Origin: an uncultured Planctomycetota bacterium
GTDB lineage: Bacteria; Planctomycetota; Planctomycetia; Isosphaerales; Isosphaeraceae
Reading direction: 5' to 3'
Assembly: GCA_963823665.1 (NCBI GenBank)
Contig: CAWGMQ010000006.1
Coordinates: 1,056,001-1,120,000 of the forward strand
DNA length: 64,000 nucleotides
The notes beneath the pieces are model-generated. The model ran no database searches and was not told the DNA's origin. It saw only the letters and a program-made list of their open reading frames with translations. Every line of letters starts with the position of its first letter. Within the stretch, counting starts at the first letter, position 1. This document shows, piece by piece, positions 55,131-64,000 of this stretch. The position numbers and the translations under genes were made by a program.

Positions 55131-56537
55131 TTATCCAACTTGGTATTCCGGTGATGTCAAAATGAGCCTTACGACCTCCCGCGCGGCTTGCTCGTCGCTC
55201 ATGTTTTTTGCCGACGCCGCTTGCTCGATCTGCTGCCGGGCTTTGGGCTCCAGGGCATCTTGCAACAACAAGTCAATGAAGAATCCGGCGAGGTCGTTGC
55301 GGCGGCCGGAGCCGCGAGTGCCGGCCAGACCCCAGGGGTTGCACCGGCCGCCCAGAGGCGTGTCGCCTTCGGCAAGCAAACCCAGGGCGAGGTTGGCTCG
55401 CGCGAGCATGGCAGTGGAGTTGATCCAGCCGGGCCCGCCGTCCCAGCCCGCAACCGAGGGCGGAGCAAACAGGCTCTGGCCCATGCGCTCGCAAGATTCC
55501 GCCAGCGCCGCGGTCGCAACCGTGGGGTTCAAGATCTCAAGCGAGCGAATCGTGCCGATCGCGAATTCGACCGGCGACTTCACCCGCCGCCGCTGCACGC
55601 TCGCGTCAAAGAACAGATTCGATCGCAGGATCATCTCGACGGGTTTTTCGATCTGGTAACCCGAATCTCGCAGCACCGCGGCGAGCGGTGCAAGAAGGGC
55701 GTCTGAGGGAGCATCGGTCTCACTGATAAAATGACGGAACAGCTTGCGGCAGATGAAGAGTGCACACGCGGGCTGCTTGAGCAGAATGCCGGGAACAGCG
55801 TCGCCGTCGAAGTTTCCGGTCTGGCCCAGGATTGACTTGGGCCCTCCATCGTGCTGCCGGGGAACCTCCTCGAACTGGTCGCGGACGACGAACCATCCGG
55901 TGAACGCCCGCGCGGCTTCCCGGATGTCCTTCTCCGTGTAGTGCCCCCGCCCCAGCGTGAAGAGCTCCATCACCTCGCGGGCGTAGTTCTCGTTCGGCTT
56001 CGCCTTTCGGTTGATCGTCGAATCGAGCCAGATGAGCATCGCCGGGTCTTTGCCGATCGCCCTAACCAGGGCGCGAAAATCTCCCAGCGCGTCCGCCCGG
56101 AACAGGTCGTTCTGGCGCTGCATGAGCAGCGGGCTCTGGACCTTGATGTTCGAGGTGGCGAAGTGATTGTGCCAGAAAAGCGTCATCCGCTCGCGAAGGG
56201 GATGCGGCGTGAAGATCATCCGGTAGAGCCAGATCGCCTGGATTCGCGCCAGGTCGGCCGATGGGGCGAGCTGACTGGCCATCGCCGCCAGCGTTAGCTC
56301 GAGCTCCGAAGCGTCTGTGCCGGCAGCGCTCTTCGCCTCGCCTTTCAAGAGCCGATCGATGCTTTCGGAGGGACCCGCAGAAAGGTCGCGCTTGAGCACG
56401 CCCCAGCTCGGCGCGAACGCGGCGCGGCGATGAAGGTGGGCAACGGTCGCAATCGTCCAGGGCCGCGTTCGCGACGGCTCGAACGGCTTCCATGCCCACT
56501 GCGGGTCAAAAGGCTCACGTGTCTGCGCGGCTCTCAT
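55131..56537 (-). CDS. DUF1800 family protein
   Basis: HLHRRAAF; LRERMTLFWHNHFATS; PNENYAREVMELFTLG; AARAFTGW; VKSPVEF; PPSVAGW; SPEYQ. Adjacent to DUF1501, its usual partner. Confidence 0.92.
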   Translation of the reverse strand: MRAAQTREPFDPQWAWKPFEPSRTRPWTIATVAHLHRRAAFAPSWGVLKRDLSAGPSESIDRLLKGEAKSAAGTDASELELTLAAMASQLAPSADLARIQAIWLYRMIFTPHPLRERMTLFWHNHFATSNIKVQSPLLMQRQNDLFRADALGDFRALVRAIGKDPAMLIWLDSTINRKAKPNENYAREVMELFTLGRGHYTEKDIREAARAFTGWFVVRDQFEEVPRQHDGGPKSILGQTGNFDGDAVPGILLKQPACALFICRKLFRHFISETDAPSDALLAPLAAVLRDSGYQIEKPVEMILRSNLFFDASVQRRRVKSPVEFAIGTIRSLEILNPTVATAALAESCERMGQSLFAPPSVAGWDGGPGWINSTAMLARANLALGLLAEGDTPLGGRCNPWGLAGTRGSGRRNDLAGFFIDLLLQDALEPKARQQIEQAASAKNMSDEQAAREVVRLILTSPEYQVG

Positions 56538-56565
56538 CGGGGCGCCAGCCTCCGGGGTCGATCCG

Positions 56566-58485
56566 TCACTTGGAAAGCTTGAAGGTGAGCTCGAGGGACG
56601 TCTTCTCGGGCTCGTCGCGCACGGCCATCCGGCCCGCGCCCAGGTAACGCAGCAAGTCCAGCCCTTTCGCGACCTCGGCCTCGGCTTTCTCCTTGGTCAG
56701 GCCTCGGCCCAGCATGAGCTGCATGGCCAGCCGCGCCTGGTTGAGCTCGAGCAGGCGGGCGAGCTCGGGGCCGTCGGCCTCGAGCACGGCCGTCTCACTC
56801 GACTCCCCTGAGAGCTTCCGTGCGGCATCCGGATTCTTCAGGTCCTTGATGAGTGCCCGCGCCAGGCCGGCGCTGGTGCTCAGGATGAAGTACTTGCCGA
56901 CTTGAGCGGCCGACGGGCTGACGTTATACCGCGCGTCGGGCGAGGTTGGCGCGGGAGAGTCGGATTTGGGCACCATGTATCGCGCGGTCGCCAGCGTGAC
57001 GCCGTCAACCTGTTCCGAGACCAGCTCAAACGGCGGTCCTTTCTTCTGCACAGCATCCACGTTCGAGAGACCGACGAACGTCTGGAACGCAACCTTGAGA
57101 CGCTGTGCGAAATCGGAATCGGGCTCGGTCAGCTCTGTCACGAACGCCAATCCCGGATACTTGACCTCCGGAACCGGCTTGATCGACTGATAATCCTGAG
57201 CGGCCACGACCAGCCGCCAGTGCGGCTCGAACGCGCCCAGCACGTCCGGCCCGAATTCACGAACGCCGAAGAACTGGCCGGCGAACGTGTCGAGCTGGGC
57301 GAAACCTTGCACGGTCTCGGGCGAGAACAGGTCGGCTTTCGATTCCCAGATCGCCGACCAGTTGCGCCAGAACGAAAGCGACCCGATCGTCCCCGGCGGC
57401 CGGATGATCGCGCCTGCGCCTTTTCCCGCGATCGGCAAATATCCCTTGAACGCCGGCGCTCGATCACCGGCCGGCTGCATGAAGTCGACGCTTGCGGCGA
57501 GCTCGGTGTCCGACCAGCGAATCGAGGCCGTCGCCCCGGTCGCCTTGCGAAACGCCTCGTACCAGGAGCCGAACAGCAGCGTGACGCCCGTATCGGGTGG
57601 ATTCTTGTAGCCAAACTTCGCGGGATCGATCTTGCGGAGGCGGTCGAGATCGACGTAAGACCATGCCAGGGCGTCCGGTTTCTGTTTATCACGGATCGCC
57701 TTCCAGCGCGGCGATGCGCCCAGGGCCGCGAGCGCGCCGTCGGCCTTGCCCGGCGCAGGAGCTTTGCCGGAGAGTGCGGCCATCTGGATGCCGCGGTCGA
57801 TCAGTTGCTCGATGTTCTTCACCGAGTTTGTCGCGAGCAGCTTGCCGTCGCCGATGCAATAGGCGAGCCCCTGCGGGCCGCCGAGCGCGGTGATCGTGAG
57901 CCCGCGATGAGTCGACTCAACGGCCGGGTCGGGGTTCCCCTTCTGCTGTGCGTCCTGGCGGGCGAGCTTCAGAAACACCTCGCTCGCTTTTGCGAGCAGC
58001 TCCGGTTTCTTGGCGGTGACGAGCACGTGGATCCGCGGGCTCTGGCCCGGAGATGCCTCGATCTCGGCCAGGACCCCTCCGCCGGTCAGATCGCGCAACC
58101 CCGCTTCCCAGGTCGTGTCAAGCTGCGACGCGATCACCCCCGCGACCCCGCGCAGGTCGGCAAGCTGCTTGCCGCTCGCGAATTTCTGGTATTGTGGAAG
58201 GAGGTTCAGATACCCCTGGATTCGCGGGTCGGTCAAGCGGTCGAGGAGACGCTCCGGATGCGGCAGCTCGAGGCAGACGACGGTCTCGGGCTCGGCGGTC
58301 TTGGCCGCGTCTTTCTTGTCGTCGGCGAGGACCGTCACGGCCACTGTGATCAATGCCGTTGCCGAGGCGCCCGAGAACAGCAGCCGCGCCATTCCGTGCC
58401 GCGAGCGTCGAACCGAATCGAGAATGCGATCGGTCTCGCACGGCGTTTCGCCCACAACGGCCGCCCTGGCGCATCGTCTTCTCAT
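56566..58485 (-). CDS. Exported hypothetical protein, DUF3352-like
   Basis: 639-aa ORF in an operon with DUF1800/DUF1501 (gaps 28 and 15 nt). Hydrophobic signal-like segment ending VLA-DD. Start 58485 (GAAAGG upstream) or 58392. Confidence 0.7.
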   Translation of the reverse strand: MRRRCARAAVVGETPCETDRILDSVRRSRHGMARLLFSGASATALITVAVTVLADDKKDAAKTAEPETVVCLELPHPERLLDRLTDPRIQGYLNLLPQYQKFASGKQLADLRGVAGVIASQLDTTWEAGLRDLTGGGVLAEIEASPGQSPRIHVLVTAKKPELLAKASEVFLKLARQDAQQKGNPDPAVESTHRGLTITALGGPQGLAYCIGDGKLLATNSVKNIEQLIDRGIQMAALSGKAPAPGKADGALAALGASPRWKAIRDKQKPDALAWSYVDLDRLRKIDPAKFGYKNPPDTGVTLLFGSWYEAFRKATGATASIRWSDTELAASVDFMQPAGDRAPAFKGYLPIAGKGAGAIIRPPGTIGSLSFWRNWSAIWESKADLFSPETVQGFAQLDTFAGQFFGVREFGPDVLGAFEPHWRLVVAAQDYQSIKPVPEVKYPGLAFVTELTEPDSDFAQRLKVAFQTFVGLSNVDAVQKKGPPFELVSEQVDGVTLATARYMVPKSDSPAPTSPDARYNVSPSAAQVGKYFILSTSAGLARALIKDLKNPDAARKLSGESSETAVLEADGPELARLLELNQARLAMQLMLGRGLTKEKAEAEVAKGLDLLRYLGAGRMAVRDEPEKTSLELTFKLSK

Positions 58486-58627
58486 CGTGGTGACCTGCCT
58501 TTCGAGTATCTAACCCAACTTACCCGATCGGATCGACCGAAGTCGCGGGGCGACTCCAGCAAGTCATTACCTCCGCTGGCGATGCCGGGTTTCGGTATTT
58601 TCAATATTCTCTTTAGACAGCCGCATC

Positions 58628-61600
58628 TCAAGACAGGAGAAGACTTGCCAGCTTCGGGCGCAACGCGTCCGGGATCGGCACACCCACGCGCAGCGCGGCA
58701 ACCAGAGCGTCGCGCGCCTCGTACTCGCTGGCCGTGGGCGCGTTTTGGGTGGTGTTGGGGCTAACCCATGAATCCGGGCCTGCGTCCTCAGCGCTCAGAT
58801 CGGCTAGCGCAAGGTCGATGAGAGACGAGCTCGCCGCGGCTCCGGCACCACTAACCGCCAGCTCATCGACGACAACCGCCGCGCTCGGCTGGGCACCCGT
58901 GCTCTCGGTGAGCTTTGCGTCAGGCGCATAGATTTCACCGGTGATCCCCGAGGCATTCCCGTTGATCGAGAGCGTGCTCGAATTGCCATGCGGCTGGAAA
59001 AGCACCACTCCCGCGTACATTCCGGTCGACATCGGGCTCAAGCTAAACGTCCCGGCTCCTCCGAGCGCGATGCTGCCGTAGCTTCCCCCCTGGCTGGGAT
59101 ACTTGCTTCCGGCATTGACGATCATCACGCCGGCCCCGTTCACGCTCGCGTTTGCCGAGACCGAGAAGCCACCCCCTTCGATGATGTACACGCCGCTGCT
59201 CAGCGTGAGCTTGGCATTTCCCGAGACGGCGATCTGGGTGTAGATGCCGGGTTGAATGGTCGCCGCTGAATTGCCGGAGAGCCGCTCGCTACCGCGGTTT
59301 TGCATACCCACTGTGCTCGGCAGCGCCAGTGCGGCGAGCGGGTCGGCAAGGATCGTCGCGCCGGTGATCGGCTTGGGGGTGAGGCTTGCGCTGCCGCTCT
59401 TCTGGACGTTGCCGTGCACATCGATGGCCGCGGCTTTGATCTGCGCGCTGCCGCTGGCCGAAAGTGCCGAAGACGAGCTGGAATCGACATAGATCGCACC
59501 GGGAACCTGAAGTCGGGCGCTGCCCGATGCGCTGAGTGCACCTGAAGCCGAGGGGTCGAGCACGATGATCGACGGGTTCACCGTGGCGGTGTACGCCGCG
59601 GCGCTTTTGAGGAAGTTAGCGTCGCCGCTATATCTGGCCGCAATCATGTTGGTGCCGACGGGCAGCGAAGATGTCTTGAGCGCAGCGACTCCGTGCGCGA
59701 TCCCGACCGTGCCGAGATCGATACCGGTCGTGGCGTCGAAGAAATCGACGCTGCCGGTGGGAGTGCCCGAACCCGGTGGGTCGGCAACGAGCTTCGCGGT
59801 AAACGTGACCGCCAGGCCGAATGACGACGGATTTGCGGATGACGTCAACTGAATGCTGGCGCCGTCGCGATTGACGGTTTGCGAGAGCGAATCCATGCTC
59901 GTGATGAAGCTGCTGTCACCGAGATATGTCGCCTGGATCACGTGGTTGCCCACAGCCAGCGCGGATGTGCTCAGGGTGGCCTTGCCGCCACTGAGCGACA
60001 TCGCACCGAGATCCGTGCTCGTGGTCGTGTCGAAGAAGTCCACGCTGCCGCCCGGCGTGCCGGTTCCGGATGTGTTTGAGCTGACGGTCGCCGTGAACGT
60101 CACAGGCTGTCCGCTGACAGACGGGTTCGCCGAGCTGGTGAGCAACGTCGTCGTGGCCGCTGCGGCCGCTTGAGTCTCGTAAGCACCGATATCAACGCGG
60201 CCGTTGCTGATCCGCGGGAAGCCCGGACCGCGCTGGTCGGTGGCCAGCGGCTGGCCCGTGGTCGGGTCGATGGCGATCAGCGCGTTGCTGCCCGCGTCGA
60301 TGGCGGGGCTGCCCGCAACCAGCTTGATCGTTTCGGTCGGCCCGCCGTTGTTTTGCAGTCCGTTGGGATCGAGCCCCGAATCGACGACGACGAGGTTGTT
60401 CGAACCGGAGAGAGTAGCGGTGGGTGCGTTCTGAAACAGGCAGTAATTCGCGATTCCCGTGCCGGCATAATCGTCGGTGCCGTTTTCGGCGAAGATCGAG
60501 TTTCGGGAGACCACCGTCGCGATGCCGGTCTGATCGACGCCGTCGCCTACGCCACTCGCGCTATTGAGCGCGACGGTGGAGTCGTCGATGTTCATTATCC
60601 CCGCGGTCAGGTACAAGCCGCCGCCGCCAACAGTTCCGGTAGATCCACTGCTGCCCGCCCCGACACGCGAACCGGAGGTGCCCGACCGGCCGCGATAGCC
60701 GGAGGAACCGGATGGACCGCGCGTTCCGCCGGGGTTTACACCGGGTGCCCCCGGCGGACCGCCGCTACCACCTTCGCCTCCCCGGCCGGCGACTGCCATT
60801 CCGAGCTGCACCGGCCCTGGCGAACCCCCGGAGACCGAATTATCTGCGACCGTGACGTTCTCGAGAGTCACCGTCCCGCCAACTTGATAAAGACCGCCTC
60901 CCACCGCCGTTCCGCCGTTGCCGCTGACTCCTGCGGCACCGGCCGTGCCGCCCCTGCCACCGCTGCCACCGTTGCCTCCACGGCCGCCGGGCCCCGGGCC
61001 GGAACCACTGCCGCCGTTGCCACCCACGCCGCCATGGCCACCCCGCCCGCCGGTTCCACCGGTGCCTCCAATGCCGCCGATCCCTCCGTTGCCGCCGATT
61101 GCTTCGTTATTCTGAAGACTGCTATCAACGACAGTGACGGACCCCCCCAGGATGAACACGGCGCCCCCTTGCCCCGCGCCGCCCTGGCCTCCGGTGCCTC
61201 CCGTTCCGCCGGTTCCGCCGGTGTTGCCGTTGCCTCCCTCGCCGCCGTTTCCGCCGCTACCGCCGCGGATGCCAGTTGATACCGGTGCACCGTTGCCTCC
61301 CGTTCCGCCCTGGCCCCCGGTTCCACCGCGACCCCCTTTCGCGCCCTTCGCCCCGGCGCCGCCCCGGCCGCCCTGCACCTTGTCAGAATCAAAAACAACG
61401 TCGACGAGCGTAACCGTTCCGCCGCCGACACCCAGCCCGCCCCCTGCTCCGATTCCAGCCCCGAACCCCGCGTGACCGGTTGGCCCATGTGGCCCCCGTC
61501 CGCCGATGCCGCCGGCTTGTCCCGTTTTTCCGCGACCGGCTCCGATTGTCCCGGTTGTCTTCCCGTAAGACGTCCCCCTGATTCCTGTGCCGGTCGACCC

Positions 61601-62569
61601 ACCTTGCGTGCCGTTTTCCGCCTGGCCGCCAAAAGCAGCATTATCCGTGATCGTTGTCGAGTTAACGGTCAGCGATCCGCCAGAAACGAAAATCCCACCA
61701 CCTTCGCCGATTCCTGCAACACCCCGGCCGCCAGGCTGGGGGCCGACAGAGGTGCCGGTGCTCTGTCCATATCCACCCTGGGCGGTGTCGTGGCTCACGA
61801 CATCGTTGTTCATAATGACGCTGCCGCCTGCCACGTAGAGCCCGCCGCCATGCGCATAGGAATCGGCGAATCCCTCGGCATAATTCCCCGTGAACGCGTC
61901 ATTGGTGAACGTCGCATCCCCGCCACCGACATACACCGCCGCACCATCTGTGGATTGGTTCTGCGTCAATGTGCTGCCCGAGACCGACAGCGAGCCGTTG
62001 TTCGCGATGCCGCCGCCGTTCGATTCCGCGAAATTATGGGAAATCGTGCAGTCGGTGACCGTCAAGTTGCCACTATTGTTGATTCCCCCGCCGATCGTTG
62101 TGTTGCCGCCAGAGATCGTGAGTCCCATGAGGCTCGCTGTTACACCCGAATTCACGCTGAACACGCTGAACACGCTGAACACGCTGCCGTTGTGATTTGC
62201 GCCGATTGTCACCAGGCTCGCACCTGGCCCTGCGATCGTCTCTTCCCCGGGTGTTTCCGAAAGCGTAAGTGAGGATCCGAGTGTAATCACCTGAGGCGTC
62301 GAGAAGACTGTCGGGTCAAACTGAATCTCGCTCCCAGCCGGATCCGAGTTCGCATTTGCCAGACCGACAACATAGCGCAAATCACCCGCGTCAGGACCCG
62401 TGGACGCGCCGCTATCGCTCGTGAGATCAACGGTAAAAATCGTCGCGAGAAGCGTCCGATTCTCGAGGTCGTCGAAGGATCGGGATGCTCGTCGCGGGCG
62501 GTTACTCGGGCGCCCTTTCGCGCGAACGGCCAGAAGCGTGGAGAGTTGAGCATAGAGTTTTGACGCCAT
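58628..62569 (-). CDS. Exported LE.R.LL-motif protein: beta-helix (CSLREA/polymorphic-membrane-like), PGRS-like Gly-rich tract, choice-of-anchor Q motif, two Ig-like group 3 domains, C-terminal beta-solenoid
   Basis: FDDLENRTLLA; GGGIxN repeats; GGxGGxGG tract; LQNNGGPTET...SPAIDAG...DQRG...VDIGAYE; two SSANPS...VTFTA...Y.GD..F domains. GAGGAG RBS upstream. Confidence 0.88.
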   Translation of the reverse strand: MASKLYAQLSTLLAVRAKGRPSNRPRRASRSFDDLENRTLLATIFTVDLTSDSGASTGPDAGDLRYVVGLANANSDPAGSEIQFDPTVFSTPQVITLGSSLTLSETPGEETIAGPGASLVTIGANHNGSVFSVFSVFSVNSGVTASLMGLTISGGNTTIGGGINNSGNLTVTDCTISHNFAESNGGGIANNGSLSVSGSTLTQNQSTDGAAVYVGGGDATFTNDAFTGNYAEGFADSYAHGGGLYVAGGSVIMNNDVVSHDTAQGGYGQSTGTSVGPQPGGRGVAGIGEGGGIFVSGGSLTVNSTTITDNAAFGGQAENGTQGGSTGTGIRGTSYGKTTGTIGAGRGKTGQAGGIGGRGPHGPTGHAGFGAGIGAGGGLGVGGGTVTLVDVVFDSDKVQGGRGGAGAKGAKGGRGGTGGQGGTGGNGAPVSTGIRGGSGGNGGEGGNGNTGGTGGTGGTGGQGGAGQGGAVFILGGSVTVVDSSLQNNEAIGGNGGIGGIGGTGGTGGRGGHGGVGGNGGSGSGPGPGGRGGNGGSGGRGGTAGAAGVSGNGGTAVGGGLYQVGGTVTLENVTVADNSVSGGSPGPVQLGMAVAGRGGEGGSGGPPGAPGVNPGGTRGPSGSSGYRGRSGTSGSRVGAGSSGSTGTVGGGGLYLTAGIMNIDDSTVALNSASGVGDGVDQTGIATVVSRNSIFAENGTDDYAGTGIANYCLFQNAPTATLSGSNNLVVVDSGLDPNGLQNNGGPTETIKLVAGSPAIDAGSNALIAIDPTTGQPLATDQRGPGFPRISNGRVDIGAYETQAAAAATTTLLTSSANPSVSGQPVTFTATVSSNTSGTGTPGGSVDFFDTTTSTDLGAMSLSGGKATLSTSALAVGNHVIQATYLGDSSFITSMDSLSQTVNRDGASIQLTSSANPSSFGLAVTFTAKLVADPPGSGTPTGSVDFFDATTGIDLGTVGIAHGVAALKTSSLPVGTNMIAARYSGDANFLKSAAAYTATVNPSIIVLDPSASGALSASGSARLQVPGAIYVDSSSSSALSASGSAQIKAAAIDVHGNVQKSGSASLTPKPITGATILADPLAALALPSTVGMQNRGSERLSGNSAATIQPGIYTQIAVSGNAKLTLSSGVYIIEGGGFSVSANASVNGAGVMIVNAGSKYPSQGGSYGSIALGGAGTFSLSPMSTGMYAGVVLFQPHGNSSTLSINGNASGITGEIYAPDAKLTESTGAQPSAAVVVDELAVSGAGAAASSSLIDLALADLSAEDAGPDSWVSPNTTQNAPTASEYEARDALVAALRVGVPIPDALRPKLASLLLS
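62153..62186. repeat. In-frame 9-bp tandem repeat (CACGCTGAA x3.8)
   Basis: Seen directly. Encodes SVFSVFSVFSV on the minus strand. Confidence 0.92.
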
Positions 62570-62680
62570 CGGATGATGCTCCTCGAAGTGTATGCCAGTT
62601 GCGCCGACTTGATGCGCAAGCGCACGGATAGGGAACTTGCTGTCGATCGACAGTGATTTCTAAGCGAACGCCTTTGTTTC

Positions 62681-62701
62681 GCCCTTCGCTCCGCGAAAGG
62701 C
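62681..62701. repeat. Planctomycete-type REP-like palindrome
   Basis: GCCCTTCGC-TCC-GCGAAAGGC is a 9-bp stem with one mismatch. It resembles the GCCTTTCGCTCCGCGAAAG repeat I recall as abundant in planctomycete genomes. Confidence 0.6.
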
Positions 62702-62798
62702 AACTTCCGTCAGTGCCGGGAGAAATGACAGCCGGGCCGATGCAGGCGCGACAAGATCAAGACCGCTGACAAGTGAATCTGTCCAAAGCATTCGACCC

Positions 62799-62829
62799 GG
62801 GAGGTCGTAACTTACGGCACCGACCTCCC
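62799..62829. other. Intergenic stem-loop (possible terminator or regulatory RNA element)
   Basis: GGGAGGTCG...CGACCTCCC is a perfect 9-bp stem with no clear poly-U tail. Confidence 0.35.
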
Positions 62830-63151
62830 AGCGTTCCTGCCGTGACCTTCCGGCCCGGTGATCGTCATGCCAGCCAGGCTGAAAGAATTGCGTGACCCCA
62901 CCGGAACGTGCACTCCGCTCCAGACAGCGAGCATCACCATACAGGGCGCGAGCGGTCGCGCCAAGTGCGTAGAGTTCGGGTCCCTCGCACGTTTCAGTCG
63001 CACCAATGCTAGCAGTGTGCCGGCGGTGTCTGCCGATCGGATGACGTTGGCTTGGCGGCAGCAGACGAAGTCTCCGTCGTGATCGAAGGCCGTGAGGTTG
63101 GACGAATCAGCGTGGCCGAGATCCTGCCGTAGAGTTGCGCGCGAATTCGGG

Positions 63152-63931
63152 TCACCCGGATTTCTGTCGAACCGCAGCCACGGTTTCTCTGGCCGCTCGC
63201 AGCAAAAGCGAGCAGTCGCCGCCCATCGCCAGCCATTGCACGCCGCGGGCGATCCAGTCGGCGAGCTGGTCGGGGTCGTCGCCGATGCCTATGCCGACGG
63301 GTATGCCTGCCTTACGTGCTTTGACAATGACGGATTCGATCGCCTTGAGCACGTCCGGATGCCTGGGCTGGCCCATCAGTCCCATCGAGCCCGCCAGGTC
63401 GTTGGGGCCGAAGACGATGCTCGCCAGCCGGGGAATGGCGAGGATCTCTTCGATGCTTTCGACGGCCTCGATGTGCTCGATCTGAACGATCGGCATGATG
63501 CTCGCGTTGGCTGCGCGGCAGAATTCCGGGCCGCCCAGCGCGCCGTAGTTCGACGCCCGGCGCGGGCCGAACCCGCGAATTCCCTCCGGTGGGTACAGGC
63601 AGGCCGCGACCGCGCGGCGCGCCTCGTCCGCCGAGCGGACGAGCGGAACGATGATGCCCGGTGCCCCGATGTCGAGGACAGGCTTGATCAAGACCGGGTC
63701 ATTCCACGGAACGCGAACCAGGGCCGTCGTGTCGCTCCCCTTCGTTGCCATCAGATGCGCCTGCACCGTCTCGAGCGACAGTGCGTTGTGCTCCATGTCG
63801 ATCCAGACGAAGTCGAGCACCTGGCACAACAGCTCCGTGACCGTTGCATCGGTAAATGTGATGACCGTACCCAGGCAGGTTTGGCCGGCTGCCAGCTTGG
63901 CGCGGAATCCGTCGGTATGCGGCAAGAGCAT
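63152..63931 (-). CDS. HpcH/HpaI aldolase family protein (2-keto-3-deoxy-sugar-acid aldolase-like)
   Basis: DFVWIDMEH; LVRVP; VLDIGAPGIIVPLV; YPPEGIRGFGP; IVQIEH; FGPNDLA. Likely start ATG 63931 with GGAG upstream. Substrate cannot be assigned. Confidence 0.92.
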   Translation of the reverse strand: MLLPHTDGFRAKLAAGQTCLGTVITFTDATVTELLCQVLDFVWIDMEHNALSLETVQAHLMATKGSDTTALVRVPWNDPVLIKPVLDIGAPGIIVPLVRSADEARRAVAACLYPPEGIRGFGPRRASNYGALGGPEFCRAANASIMPIVQIEHIEAVESIEEILAIPRLASIVFGPNDLAGSMGLMGQPRHPDVLKAIESVIVKARKAGIPVGIGIGDDPDQLADWIARGVQWLAMGGDCSLLLRAARETVAAVRQKSG

Positions 63932-64000
63932 CGGCTTGGCTCCGAAGAAAGCTTGCGCCAGGATACGGAGCCCCGTCGTCGGGTGCAAGCGAACGCCCGC

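Noticed and set aside
56902..58764. 620-aa plus-strand ORF, and other long antisense ORFs such as 1111-2619, 26838-28511 and 35369-36889
   Set aside because: These are shadow ORFs opposite well-supported genes in high-GC DNA, with no recognisable motifs.
60620..61790. Mycobacterial PE_PGRS gene acquired horizontally
   Set aside because: There is no PE domain, and the protein has a planctomycete leader. Low-complexity similarity alone does not show homology.
62690..62745. c-di-GMP-I riboswitch look-alike (GAAA...ATGACAGCCGGG)
   Set aside because: It lacks the GGCAAACC/CGCAAAGC/CTAA core and lies on the strand opposite the adjacent gene.

Overview
GC-rich bacterial DNA, very probably Planctomycetota and likely Isosphaeraceae-like. 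The assignment rests on the LE.R.LL N-terminal motifs, DUF1559, the DUF1501/DUF1800 pair, kinase-WD40 genes and a planctomycete-type REP hairpin. From left to right the window holds: the tail of a WD40 gene; a membrane Ser/Thr kinase with 14 WD40 repeats and TPRs; a small secreted protein; three tandem kinase-STAND ATPase-TPR paralogues with a conserved kinase/ATPase core and a divergent TPR sensor, co-oriented behind a DUF1559 prepilin-like gene; a small membrane protein; and an orphan antitoxin with a dead PemK/MazF stub. Next is a single ~33.7-kb gene for a giant (~11,240 aa) surface protein, which the ORF track splits into pieces because of 11 single-base indels. It is followed by a DUF3352-like/DUF1800/DUF1501 operon, a second LE.R.LL exported protein with a PGRS-like glycine-rich tract, and an HpcH/HpaI aldolase. 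The most notable unannotated signal is a synonymous-only duplicate of the DUF1501 3' end lying 19 nt past the giant gene's stop. The 34-kb gene is therefore bracketed by att-like direct repeats although no integrase is in the window. No rRNA, tRNA, CRISPR array, transposase or reverse transcriptase was seen. Family names come from motif recognition by eye, not from database searches.
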